Numbered from the stretch's first letter, positions 33,402-45,671 are shown. The stretch: DNA of 64,000 bases from an uncultured cyanobacterium (GCA_963706595.1 OY970166.1:864001-928000); one strand, 5' to 3'. Program-made: numbers and translations. Notes: generated by a model from the letters alone, not told the origin.

Positions 33402-33746
33402 ATGGAAGCAAAACCAAGAGAGATTCGGCGTTACATTACAGCTAACGGCAAAATTACTTTCGCAGAATGGCTAGATGGGCTGCGAGATAGGAGAGCTAAA
33501 GCTAAAATTAAAGAGAGGCTAAAACGAGTTAGTCTTCGTAATCTGGGAGATTATAAGTCAGTAGGAGAGGGTGTTTTTGAACTCAGGATTAATTATGGTT
33601 CTGGCTACCGAGTCTACTTTGGACAAATAGGAACAACAATTGTGCTTCTGCTGTTGGGTGGAGATAAAAGCAGTCAAGAAAAAGATATTTGTAAGGCACA
33701 GGAGTATTGGACAGAATATGAAGAACGTGAAAATGCCGACCAGTGA
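33402..33746 (+). CDS. RelE/HigB-like addiction module killer toxin
   Basis: GDYKSVGEGVFELRINYGSGYRVYF..LLLGGDKSSQ. Confidence 0.92.
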   Translation: MEAKPREIRRYITANGKITFAEWLDGLRDRRAKAKIKERLKRVSLRNLGDYKSVGEGVFELRINYGSGYRVYFGQIGTTIVLLLLGGDKSSQEKDICKAQEYWTEYEERENADQ

Positions 33747-34032
33747 TAGCTACCAGGATTATCTAATTGAATCACTTCAAGACCCTGAAGAGGCGGCTGC
33801 TTATATCGAAGCAATATTAGAAGTGGAAAATCCTGAGACTGAACTGTTAACCTCAGCCTTAAAAGATGTCATTGATGCACAGTTGAGAATTAATCATCTT
33901 TCTGCACAAGCAAACCTAAAGTGGGAAGAATTAAATCAAATGCTGTTAAAGAGTGGTGGTGCTGAAATATACAGTTTGCTAGGATTATTAGATGCTTTAG
34001 GATTTAAACTAGAGGTCAGAGAAAAATCATGA
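33733..34032 (+). CDS. addiction module antidote protein
   Basis: YLIESLQDPEEAAAYI; overlaps the toxin end. Confidence 0.8.
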   Translation: MPTSDSYQDYLIESLQDPEEAAAYIEAILEVENPETELLTSALKDVIDAQLRINHLSAQANLKWEELNQMLLKSGGAEIYSLLGLLDALGFKLEVREKS

Positions 34033-34105
34033 GGCTGAAGGTTCATCTCTATAAACTATTTACTGATAAGCAAACATTTAAACTACCTCAAAATCAGGAG
34101 TATTC

Positions 34106-34288
34106 ATGATGACAATAACTCCAAGTATTGAAGAAATCAAAACTATGATTTTTCAGCTACCAGTTGAAGAACTCATAACACTGATTTCTGAAATTGAAGA
34201 AAGGCTGGAAACCGTGACAATAATGCAACTGGCAGAAACTGGATTTCAGGAATGGAACGACCCAGAAGAAGATATTTACAATGACTAA
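34106..34288 (+). CDS. putative antitoxin
   Basis: acidic 60 aa, AETGFQEWNDPEEDIY; overlaps the PemK gene. Confidence 0.75.
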   Translation: MMTITPSIEEIKTMIFQLPVEELITLISEIEERLETVTIMQLAETGFQEWNDPEEDIYND

Positions 34289-34631
34289 GCCTAAAATATT
34301 AGAAATCTGGCTAGTCCGGTTTCCTTTTAGTGATTTAACTTCTACAAAGCTGAGACCAGCCCTTGTGTTGGCTGAACATCGAGAAGATTTAATTATATTA
34401 GGTATTTTTTCCAAAATTCCTGTTGGCGAAATACGAGAAACTTGGGTTTTGATTTCAGATACACATCCTGATTTTTCACAAACAGGGCTGAAAAAAATAT
34501 CTTTAATTAGGGCTGATAAAATTGCCACGGTCAATGAATCGGTATTTCAAAGGCAGTTAGGAAGTTTACCATCAAATTTGTTGACTGTAGTACAAGCAGC
34601 TTTAAAGCGTTCGCTTAACATTTCAGTCTGA
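34281..34631 (+). CDS. PemK/MazF-family toxin
   Basis: LVRFPFSDLTSTKLRPALV, TGLKKISLIRADKI. Confidence 0.92.
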   Translation: MTKPKILEIWLVRFPFSDLTSTKLRPALVLAEHREDLIILGIFSKIPVGEIRETWVLISDTHPDFSQTGLKKISLIRADKIATVNESVFQRQLGSLPSNLLTVVQAALKRSLNISV

Positions 34632-34659
34632 AACTAGGGGCAAAATTCCTTATTTGATA

Positions 34660-35253
34660 TTAATCATCACTTTTCAAACACCCTCTTAAACCAGCGCGTT
34701 GAAAGATATTATGGGGAGTAATTTCTAATTCTGGTAATGCTTCATGACTAATGATTTGATTATCTCGAAAGGTGAGAGGAAGAGAAGAAGCTGTAAAGAG
34801 AGTAATAGTTTGAGATATTGTATCTACTATCCAAACTAGAAAAATTCCAGCTTGAAGATAATAAGTAGCTTTTTCAATCATGTCTCCAAAAGTTTGACCA
34901 GGAGAAATAATTTCGATAACTAATTCTGGGATAACAGGACAAGCTTCATCTTTCAGCCAGTCAGCAGGAAGACGATTATAGGAAATGTATGTTAAATCAG
35001 GTACAGGTATCCAATTTTCTTGATTTCTTGTTAATTTTATCCCCCATTCCACGACAACACGACCTTTTTCTTGCGCCCATGTGGATAATAGGATAAATAA
35101 TGCTCCTGTGGTTGCGCCATGAAAAAATTTAGGAGACATTTGCTCATTTTTATATTTCGGTACAGCTTCACCGTCAACAAACTCATAAGCAAGTTCACTT
35201 TCGGGAAGTGCAAGAAATTCTTCGAGAGTGAGTTTGGTTTTTAGTTGAGTCAT
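34660..35253 (-). CDS. Uma2-family endonuclease
   Basis: LTLEEFL..YEFVDG..VPDL..PELVIEIISP. Confidence 0.92.
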   Translation of the reverse strand: MTQLKTKLTLEEFLALPESELAYEFVDGEAVPKYKNEQMSPKFFHGATTGALFILLSTWAQEKGRVVVEWGIKLTRNQENWIPVPDLTYISYNRLPADWLKDEACPVIPELVIEIISPGQTFGDMIEKATYYLQAGIFLVWIVDTISQTITLFTASSLPLTFRDNQIISHEALPELEITPHNIFQRAGLRGCLKSDD

Positions 35254-35327
35254 GCTTAGTTTTGGTGGGTTTAATATTCCCGACTTCTATGATAACTAAA
35301 GTTCGGTTTAGACCCGGATTTCTCACG

Positions 35328-35949
35328 GTTTCCATCCCCGTTAGGGGAAGAGGTTATGGAAAGTAAAGCTAGTTTTATAGCGAGGAAGTTATGAAAAAGG
35401 TTTCCATCCCCGTTAGGGGAAGAGGTTATGGAAAGAAACCGATAAGGAATACCAGGTGCGTGCGGAGAAATATCGTTTCCATCCCCGTTAGGGGAAGAGG
35501 TTATGGAAAGTCACAGGCAATCAAGTAGACTGCTTTGCCTTCTCACCGTTTCCATCCCCGTTAGGGGAAGAGGTTATGGAAAGTACCAACACTAGAGGAG
35601 ATGGAGTGTTTGAATGAAGTGAAAGTTTCCATCCCCGTTAGGGGAAGAGGTTATGGAAAGTCTACTGTTTGGACATATTACAGCAGTAGCTTACTGTGGT
35701 TTCCATCCCCGTTAGGGGAAGAGGTTATGGAAAGACGGTGGAAACGCAACGGCCAACCCCACCGCTAACGTTTCCATCCCCGTTAGGGGAAGAGGTTATG
35801 GAAAGTTGAACAAGCGCATACATTCGCCAAAAAACTAAAGTTTCCATACCCGTTAGGGGAAGAGGTTATGGAAAGTCGGCTTTAAGCGCTGAAAAGATTC
35901 TTGAGGGTGTGAAGTTTCCATCCCCGTTAGGGGAAGAGGTTATGGAAAG
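35328..35949 (-). CRISPR. CRISPR array, 9 repeats of 36 bp and 8 spacers of 34-41 bp
   Basis: GTTTCCATCCCCGTTAGGGGAAGAGGTTATGGAAAG at 35328, 35400, 35475, 35548, 35625, 35699, 35770, 35840 (1 mismatch) and 35914; reverse complement ends in GAAAC; no cas genes in the window. Confidence 0.98.
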
Positions 35950-36200
35950 AGTTCACTTCTGGAAGCCTTGCTAGGAAGGAGTTTCAACCCCCCTAATCGA
36001 CACCAGTTTTTGCAGTGTCAATAACTCCCAACAAATTCTCAATAGCTCGTGAACTTTACAGGCTGGAAAGCTTACTGTGCAAGCAATCGACACCAGTTAA
36101 CGAAATTATGCGGTTTTCAAGGTTCGGGGGAGTGGTGTCGATGAGTTTTAACTCACCTCATAAAATGTAAAATATATAACCGGAAATTGTCAAGAAATTA
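35950..36200 (-). promoter_or_regulatory. probable CRISPR leader
   Basis: non-coding; AATCGACACCAGTT at 35995 and 36085, inverted TGGTGTCGAT at 36133. Confidence 0.7.
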
Positions 36201-36419
36201 TAGCAATTTCTATTCAGGTGAGGTAGAAGCAGTAATAATTAAACGCAGATGGACGCAGATAAACGCGGATAGTGTTGTACTTTATTTTTCTTCCTACCTT
36301 TGCGCCTTTGCGTGAGACAAATTCATATTTAAAATCAGCAACGCCAGATAATTAACCCATATCATCACGCTTCTGCCTCAGACAAGGCAAAATAAAGATA
36401 GTAAGAGTGCCAAACTTCC

Positions 36420-37544
36420 ATGAGTTATTGCCTAAATTCCCATTGTCCCCAACCCGAAAATGCTGATGATGTCAAGTTTTGCTTGAGTTGTGGTTCCAAA
36501 TTACTGCTGAAAGACCGCTACCGCGCCATTAAACCTATCGGACAAGGTGGTTTTGGTAAAACATTCTTGGCTGTGGATGAGGATAAACCTTCTAAACCGC
36601 CCTGCGTAATTAAGCAATTTTACCCCCAAGCCCAAGGTACTAACACTGTGCAGAAGGCTGTGGAGTTATTTACTCTAGAAGCTGTACAGTTAGATGATTT
36701 GGGTCAACATCCCCAAATTCCCGCACTTCTGGCGTATTTTACTCAAGATGACAGACAGTATTTGGTACAGGAATTTATCGATGGGCAGAATTTAGCTGAG
36801 GAATTGGCACAAAATGGGGCTTTTAGTGAATCGCAGATATGGCAATTACTTAAAGATTTATTACCAGTTTTACAATTTTGCCATTCTAGAGGTGTGATTC
36901 ACCGGGATATTAAGCCGGAAAATATTTTACGCGATCGCAATGCTAAATTAGTCTTGGTCGATTTTGGTGCTTCTAAATCTGCCACGGCTACGGCTTTAAA
37001 TCAAACAGGTACGAGTATTGGTACTCCTGAATATGTCGCCCCGGAACAAATGAGAGGTAGGGCGCTTTTTGCCAGCGATATTTACAGTTTAGGTGCTACT
37101 TGTATTCGTTTATTAACTGCGCGATCGCCTTTCGATTCTTATGATATTAATCATGATACTTGGATTTGGCAGAAATTTCTCAAAAATCCTCTGAGTCTTC
37201 AATTACATCGCATCCTGGAAAAGATGCTAGTCAGTATCCCCATGCGGCGTTATCAAACAGCAGATGAAGTCCTCAAAGATTTAAATCAATCGCCAGCAGT
37301 CGCTACTCCATCGCCTACAGCAAAACCTAAATCAACACCCACTTCTGTGAATAAATCTTCTAGTCAAATTGATTTGGAACTGGAAGAAATGAAAAGTCAA
37401 TTTTTGGGTGGTGGTAAACCTCAAGCAAATCCAGCACAACCAGCAAAACCGATTTCTCCGCCTGCTAATAACAGCGTCATAGATAATGAGTTAGAAGAGT
37501 TAAAAGCTCAATTTCTGGGGAATAATAATTTACCAAATCAATAG
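36420..37544 (+). CDS. Ser/Thr protein kinase (Pkn2-type) with N-terminal Cys4 motif
   Basis: GQGGFG, HRDIKPEN, DFG, APE. Confidence 0.95.
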   Translation: MSYCLNSHCPQPENADDVKFCLSCGSKLLLKDRYRAIKPIGQGGFGKTFLAVDEDKPSKPPCVIKQFYPQAQGTNTVQKAVELFTLEAVQLDDLGQHPQIPALLAYFTQDDRQYLVQEFIDGQNLAEELAQNGAFSESQIWQLLKDLLPVLQFCHSRGVIHRDIKPENILRDRNAKLVLVDFGASKSATATALNQTGTSIGTPEYVAPEQMRGRALFASDIYSLGATCIRLLTARSPFDSYDINHDTWIWQKFLKNPLSLQLHRILEKMLVSIPMRRYQTADEVLKDLNQSPAVATPSPTAKPKSTPTSVNKSSSQIDLELEEMKSQFLGGGKPQANPAQPAKPISPPANNSVIDNELEELKAQFLGNNNLPNQ

Positions 37545-37734
37545 TTACACGAATTTTTATCTCACGCAGAGGCGCAGAGGCGCAAGAGAAGAAATATGAG
37601 GAATAACCTAGTAAAATTAAGGAAGGTTTCTTCAGCGTCTATTGCAATTGTAAATTTTAGTTCTGCTGATAGAAGTCCGATTCGCATAAAAGCGAGTAAT
37701 CTGGGAAAATCAAGTCTGTCTATCTGCTAGGTAA

Positions 37735-39786
<2,052 letters not shown>

Positions 39787-39856
39787 GGAATCGTGAGTAA
39801 ATAGAATTTATCCAGAGGTAATGGTATTATTTCCACAGCCTTTTGTTTCAGTAGTT

Positions 39857-40645
39857 ATGAGTAAATCCAGTCGTTTTCTTGTTTCCCTATTAGCTGTAAT
39901 TATTGGATGGTGTCTCAACTTGACTCATCCTGCCATGGCCGCACCTTTATACCCAGTTGTCAGTAATACCCCCTTCACCCTGGCATACCTTGACCCTTCT
40001 CTGTTAGAAACATTACTTAAACGCAGTTATGTGATAGCAGTTGAAGATGCAAAAACTGCGGATGAGTCAGAAATTTATCCAAAACTGCAAGCTATTGCCA
40101 TCAACAATCCCAATTTAAAATGGAGAGATTACCAGGGTGAACAACAAGTATTAATGGTAACTTGGACATCCTGGAATGGCTATGATACTCAAGTGGGCTT
40201 ACCTATCGAATTAAGTCGAGAAACTTGGGTAACGGCGGCTCCTGAATTGAAAAACTTTGCCCAAACCTTAAACCTTGACTCAGAAAACCTGACCTTACGC
40301 CTAGAACAATATCTCGGTTTACCACCGCACAACGGTAAAACGAAATTTGTGCAAATGTGGGTGAATGCTGCGGATTTATTTCGCCCTTGTCCTGATGCAG
40401 AAATTAACGATACCAGCTGTGATGTCAACTTTGGTGACACTGTTGACCTGCAACATCAAAGTTGGATCAATAATTTACAGTTAGCCTCCTATGGTGAGAG
40501 GGGTTATCCTTGGACAAGATTAGGCTATGCCTATGATTGGGGCAGTCTGGAGGGTGAATTTGGCCCTAGTGAATTTGTGGTGAGAAAAGGAGCAAAAGTG
40601 ATGATTGAATCTGTGAAAAACACTGTAGACTACATCAAATCTTAG
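39857..40645 (+). CDS. secreted hypothetical protein
   Basis: signal peptide ending AMA; RLEQYLGLPP, LFRPC, YPWTRLGYAYDW. Confidence 0.75.
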   Translation: MSKSSRFLVSLLAVIIGWCLNLTHPAMAAPLYPVVSNTPFTLAYLDPSLLETLLKRSYVIAVEDAKTADESEIYPKLQAIAINNPNLKWRDYQGEQQVLMVTWTSWNGYDTQVGLPIELSRETWVTAAPELKNFAQTLNLDSENLTLRLEQYLGLPPHNGKTKFVQMWVNAADLFRPCPDAEINDTSCDVNFGDTVDLQHQSWINNLQLASYGERGYPWTRLGYAYDWGSLEGEFGPSEFVVRKGAKVMIESVKNTVDYIKS

Positions 40646-40973
40646 AGGCTGTTTGAAAAGGTTTTAATTGTGATCTTATACACTGATTAATTCCTCAAAT
40701 TTAGAAGTTACGCATTGACAATTAACATTAAATATGTGTTGTCAAAACCATGTCTTTCGTAGGGGTTTAGCAATGCTAAAACCCTACAATTCTGGTCTAT
40801 TTACAATCAAAATAATCGGGGATAAAAGTTTGACCCGACGTATTTTATTGAAAGCATACCCTGATTAATTTGTAAAGTGCGTAAGTTCTATAATTGAAGT
40901 ATACCAATGGCGGGCATCTTTGCTTGCACAACAAGAGTTTTATGATTTGTGTCTGTATACAAATTACAAATTT

Positions 40974-41891
40974 ATGCATCAAAGTTCCGGTCGCTGGCGT
41001 TTGGGTTTAGGATTATCGTTGTTGACGGTGTTTTTGTGGGGAATTTTACCCATTGCACTGGCGGTAACTTTACAAGTTCTGGATGTCTACACAATTATTT
41101 GGTTCCGCTTTTTAGTGTCATTTTTGCTACTGGCTGTGTTTTTAGGGGTGCGGGGTAAATTACCCAACTCTCAACAATTGCGCTCTAGTTCTGGTAAATT
41201 ATTAGCGATCGCCACTTTATTTTTAGCATTAAATTACTTCCTATTTATGCAAGGTCTAGCGTTAACATCACCCGCTAACGCTCAAGTTCTGATTCAATTA
41301 GCCCCCCTGTTATTAAGTTTTGGTGGTTTAGTAATTTTTCAAGAACGTTATACACTGTATCAATGGATTGGTGTCAGTATTCTCACCTCCGGTTATATTG
41401 TCTTTTTTCGTGAACAACTCACAAATTTAATCACATCACAGGGGACTTATATTTTCGGTAGTGGTTTGATTTTTTTGGGCGCGGTGGCTTGGGCGATTTA
41501 TGCTTTGTCTCAAAAGCAGTTATTGCAATCTTTATCTTCCGCTAACATCATGCTAATTATTTACGGCGGATGTGCTTTGTTATTCACTCCATTTGCTAAA
41601 CCAGAAACAATTCTTTCTTTGAATAGTTTCTCTTTCCTGATTTTGCTATTTTGTGCTTTAAATACTTTAGTTGCTTATGGGGCTTTTGCAGAATCATTAG
41701 AACATTGGGAAGCATCAAGAGTCAGTGCTGTTTTAACTTCCGTTCCCATTGTTACTCTCAGTTCAGTTGCTCTTGTCTCAAGCTTTTTACCTGATTTAAT
41801 TCCCACAGAAAGCCTCACTTTAATTGGCATATTTGGCGCATTTTTAGTAGTAACTGGTTCTATAGCGATCGCATTGGGAAAAAACGATTGA
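40974..41891 (+). CDS. DMT/EamA family transporter
   Basis: about 10 TM helices in two repeated halves. Confidence 0.9.
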   Translation: MHQSSGRWRLGLGLSLLTVFLWGILPIALAVTLQVLDVYTIIWFRFLVSFLLLAVFLGVRGKLPNSQQLRSSSGKLLAIATLFLALNYFLFMQGLALTSPANAQVLIQLAPLLLSFGGLVIFQERYTLYQWIGVSILTSGYIVFFREQLTNLITSQGTYIFGSGLIFLGAVAWAIYALSQKQLLQSLSSANIMLIIYGGCALLFTPFAKPETILSLNSFSFLILLFCALNTLVAYGAFAESLEHWEASRVSAVLTSVPIVTLSSVALVSSFLPDLIPTESLTLIGIFGAFLVVTGSIAIALGKND

Positions 41892-42032
41892 CCTTTTTTT
41901 GAATTGTTTTGAAGACAACAATTTAAATGATAATTAGAGCCGGAAGGTGTGGAAATAACATCAAAGCCAACATATTGATATTCATTTGTTAAAATAGAGT
42001 TTTAAAAGATACTTTTTTTCATCAACTTATTT

Positions 42033-42187
42033 AACGTGAGTTCGACGGAACCTAACCCCAACCCCTTCCCTTGTAGGGAAGGGGCAAAAATCTCTAACGT
42101 GGTACGAAATAATAGGCTTTTTAAGCCTCTCTCCTTGCCGGGGAGAGGTTTGGAGAGGGGTCATATCCAGCTTATCGAACTCACGTT
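42033..42187. mobile_element. 155-bp MITE
   Basis: perfect 13-bp TIRs AACGTGAGTTCGA/TCGAACTCACGTT with TATTT duplicated on both sides. Confidence 0.85.
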
Positions 42188-42270
42188 TATTTAAAACTCC
42201 TACAACTTTGGTGAGGTTCGCCCTGGTGCTAACCCCCCACAGAAGCATTTAGATTCTAGGGAAGAAGATA

Positions 42271-42879
42271 GTGAGGGTGCTTTTTAGCTTTGTACACCTG
42301 GATTCTTTTGTGAGAGCGCCAACTTTTACAATTACCATGAAAGACGGCAGCACAGTCGAAGCCGGAGTAATTGGGAACCGCGAGATGGTGGGAATCAATG
42401 CTTTCATGGGCGGGACTGAGACCACGCAGACCGAGTATATTGTACAGCTTGCCGGTGATGCAATCAAAATGAAGGCGGAACCTCTGCGAAAAGAATTCGA
42501 CCAAAACAAGCAACTGCGGGATGTGATGTTAAAATACACCCAAGCTTTTATCGCGCAGATTTCGCAGAACGTCGCTTGTAACCGCCTCCATACTATAGAA
42601 AAACGCTTTGCTCGTTGGCTGCTGGAGTCCAGTGACCGTATCCAATCAAATGAACTCGACCTGTCCCAAGAGTTTATCTCCCACATGCTGGGTGTGCGTC
42701 GCTCTGGCGTTACCGAAACTGCTCGCCACGTGCAAGAGAAAAGCCCCATCACATACAGCCGCAAGAAAATCAAAATCGTTGACCGCCAAGGCTTAGAACA
42801 TATTTCCTGTGAGTGTTATGAGACACTCAAAGATGAATACAACCGCTTGCTCAAGTTTAATCTCAGAGAAAATCGCTGA
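42271..42879 (+). pseudogene. Crp/Fnr-family regulator lacking the first part of its cNMP-binding domain
   Basis: ACNRLHTIEKRFARWLL, LSQEFISHMLGVRRSGVT, CECY; recognisable sequence starts only at about TMKDGSTVE. Confidence 0.65.
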
Positions 42880-42897
42880 TTTTTTCAGAGAAAAATT

Positions 42898-43374
42898 TTA
42901 GGTAAGGGTTAAAACGTTAGATTCATGACTTTTATTCTCAGTAATCTCATGGATGAGCCACCGCCAAGCTGTGAACTGGCCTTTAACGTCGCAAAGAGGT
43001 GCGACAGTTAGAGCCGCATCAAAAGGCTGACTATGACGGGGCTGTATGCTTAATCTCCACTCCTGTAGGTACTTCAATTCACTATTTACCATCTGGATGA
43101 GTTTTAAACGAAATTTCTGGCGGTCTTCTATTTGTATAAAACAGACTAACAATTTGTTAACTAAAAATGCTCGTTGAAGATTGAAGAGTTTGCTAGCAGC
43201 ACTATTGGCTTCCTGAATTTTTCCCTGTGTATTAGTTACTAGGTAAGCATTGGGGATAAACTCAAACAGTTCTTGGTAGCGATGATATTCGGCTCTGACT
43301 CGTGCTTGAGCGATCGCCAACTTTTGAGTTTGCTGGTATAGTTTGTTTGTAGCTATTTCTCGGTTCATCGTCAA
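42898..43374 (-). CDS. stand-alone PAS domain protein
   Basis: RYQELFEFIPNAYLVTN..IQEAN..WLIHEIT. Confidence 0.75.
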   Translation of the reverse strand: MTMNREIATNKLYQQTQKLAIAQARVRAEYHRYQELFEFIPNAYLVTNTQGKIQEANSAASKLFNLQRAFLVNKLLVCFIQIEDRQKFRLKLIQMVNSELKYLQEWRLSIQPRHSQPFDAALTVAPLCDVKGQFTAWRWLIHEITENKSHESNVLTLT

Positions 43375-43625
43375 TAAATAGTGGAATCTGAACTTAAACC
43401 CCCGAATAAAAGTAGTGCATGGGTGAAAAATTACCCTGGATTAATTTGCTCAAACTTTCTCAGACATCGGAGGTTAACTAAATTTGAGTAGTATTTAAAT
43501 CCTAAAAAACTCAGCCAAACACTTCAGTACGATTCCGGACAAACTTATTGTGTGGGGAATGACTTAATTTTGGGACATCCTTAATTGTTAAAGTTAAATT
43601 ATCTGTTAGAATAAAATATTTTACT

Positions 43626-44498
43626 GTGCTAGGTTTTCTTAACTTAAACAAACCCTTTGACTGGACATCTCACGACTGCGTGGCGCGGGTGCGAAAACTC
43701 TTGCGCCTCAAACGTGTAGGACACGCCGGAACCTTAGACCCAGCCGCCACCGGAGTCTTACCCATCGCCCTGGGGAGAGCTACCAGATTATTACAATATC
43801 TGCCAGAAACCAAAGCCTATAAAGCCACCATCCGCTTAGGTGTGCGAACTACAACCGACGATTTGCAAGGTGAAATCATTACTTCTCAACCTTGTCCGGG
43901 ATTGAATTTTGCCGACGTGAAAACTGCAATGTCGCAATTTCAAGGTAAAATTGAGCAAATTCCTCCAATATACAGCGCCATTCAAGTAGATGGAAAACGC
44001 TTGTACGACTTAGCGCGTAAAGGCGAAATCGTGGAAGTACCTAAACGCACAGTAGAAATTTTTCACACAGAAATTTTAGATTGGCGAGACGGAGATTTTC
44101 CCGAATTAGATGTGGCGATCGCCTGTGGAAGTGGTACATATATTAGAGCGATCGCACGTGACTTAGGTGCAACCTTAGAAACTGGCGGAACCCTCGCCGC
44201 TTTAGTCCGTACAGCCAGTAGTGGTTTTAACCTCACAGATAGTCTCACCTTAAATGACTTAGAAATCCAATTACAAACAGAGACATTTCAACCTAGTATT
44301 CCTGATATCGCCTTGCAACATATACCATCTGTAACATTACCCGCCATCTCAGCCCAAAAATGGTGTCAGGGGCAAAAAATACCTCTTACCCTCGATTTAT
44401 CCGGTATAGTCAGAGTCTATGACCCAGAGACCTGCTTACTGGGAATAGGTAAACTACAGGACGGCGTGCTAATCCCAACCACAGTAATAAAAACTTAA
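43626..44498 (+). CDS. truB: tRNA pseudouridine(55) synthase
   Basis: [25 protein letters not shown]. Confidence 0.97.
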   Translation: MLGFLNLNKPFDWTSHDCVARVRKLLRLKRVGHAGTLDPAATGVLPIALGRATRLLQYLPETKAYKATIRLGVRTTTDDLQGEIITSQPCPGLNFADVKTAMSQFQGKIEQIPPIYSAIQVDGKRLYDLARKGEIVEVPKRTVEIFHTEILDWRDGDFPELDVAIACGSGTYIRAIARDLGATLETGGTLAALVRTASSGFNLTDSLTLNDLEIQLQTETFQPSIPDIALQHIPSVTLPAISAQKWCQGQKIPLTLDLSGIVRVYDPETCLLGIGKLQDGVLIPTTVIKT

Positions 44499-44598
44499 TT
44501 AACAAAGTTAACAAACTAACTATGCGTAAAACTCCAAAAGCTTCTAAGCTAATTGCATATATTTGACATGAATGCAATCAGGATTAGGAGTAGCTACT

Positions 44599-45303
44599 AT
44601 GCCCACAATTCATTTAGTCGATGGTGAAAAAGGTGGAGTAGGAAAATCCCTGCTCACCAGGACAATGATTCAGTATTGTCTTGACAAGAGAATACCCTTC
44701 GTACCCGTAGAAACTGATAGGTCTAATCCTGACGTAGCTGGCGTATACAAAGGAATATGTCAATATGCAGTATTTACTGAAGATGAACGTCATGCTGATA
44801 AAGCCGATAAAATCTTCGAGATGGCCATGTCTAAACCAGTAATCGTCAATTTGGCGGCGCAATCTCATAGAGCCGTCAAAGCTTGGATTGAGAAAAATCT
44901 ATTAATCGAATTGGGGCGTTCAGAGGGAGTAAGTTTTTGCAAATGGTTTGTGTCAACCGGAGGATATGACAGCCTGAACTTGTTTACTCAGTCAGTCAAT
45001 AGTTACGGTAATAATATTCCCCATATTTTAGTCAGAAACTTAGGACTTTGCGACGATTGGGAACACGTTGAATCTGATACATCCATTCAAAATTTAGTCA
45101 GACAACACAACATTAGAGTCATAGATTTTCCCAAATTGGCATACAAAGAAAGAAATATCATTGACCAACATCGCTTAACCTTTGCCGAAGCGCGAGAATA
45201 TAAAGAATTTGGGGTACTTGGTAAACAGCGAGTTGTCCAATTTCTCAAACTAGCTTATTCATCCTTTGAAAAAGTAGGTATTTGGTATGAAGAAGTAAAG
45301 TAA
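44599..45303 (+). CDS. MobD-like / ParA-superfamily P-loop ATPase
   Basis: deviant Walker A GEKGGVGKS, ETDRSN; AGGAG RBS. Confidence 0.8.
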   Translation: MPTIHLVDGEKGGVGKSLLTRTMIQYCLDKRIPFVPVETDRSNPDVAGVYKGICQYAVFTEDERHADKADKIFEMAMSKPVIVNLAAQSHRAVKAWIEKNLLIELGRSEGVSFCKWFVSTGGYDSLNLFTQSVNSYGNNIPHILVRNLGLCDDWEHVESDTSIQNLVRQHNIRVIDFPKLAYKERNIIDQHRLTFAEAREYKEFGVLGKQRVVQFLKLAYSSFEKVGIWYEEVK

Positions 45304-45374
45304 ATATTGCTCATGTAGAGACGCGATTTATCGCGTCTAAAAAATTATCGCGTCTAAAAGACTGTCTAAAAGAC

Positions 45375-45671
45375 TTACTCCCAAGTGGAAGCATCTCTTA
45401 GTACAGCCGGAATTTCCCCTTGTGATAAGGGAAACTCCAACAAAGTTTCTCTATAACCCAAATATCCCGACTCAGCGAAAGACAACAGCATTCGCGTCAG
45501 CGCCAGCCACACCTCTGGTTCATATTCCCAATCACGACCACGGGAAGCTCTACCAGCAATTGAACGTAGCGCCCAGAAATATGAATTTCTTACTACCGAG
45601 CCACCTTTTTTAAAGGCTGGTAAGTCCTCGTGGTTGACAAAAAGGATTGTATCTTGAATTCTGGCTCTCAT
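45375..45671 (-). CDS. conserved cyanobacterial hypothetical protein
   Basis: GGSVVRNSYFWALRSIA..SFAESGYLG. Confidence 0.7.
   Translation of the reverse strand: MRARIQDTILFVNHEDLPAFKKGGSVVRNSYFWALRSIAGRASRGRDWEYEPEVWLALTRMLLSFAESGYLGYRETLLEFPLSQGEIPAVLRDASTWE

Noticed and set aside
35981..35995. Degenerate tenth CRISPR repeat (GTTTCAACCCCCCTA)
   Set aside because: Similarity is limited to the first bases and it merges into leader motifs
42249..42773. 174-aa minus-strand ORF and similar shadow ORFs elsewhere
   Set aside because: Antisense to recognisable genes, with no motifs of their own
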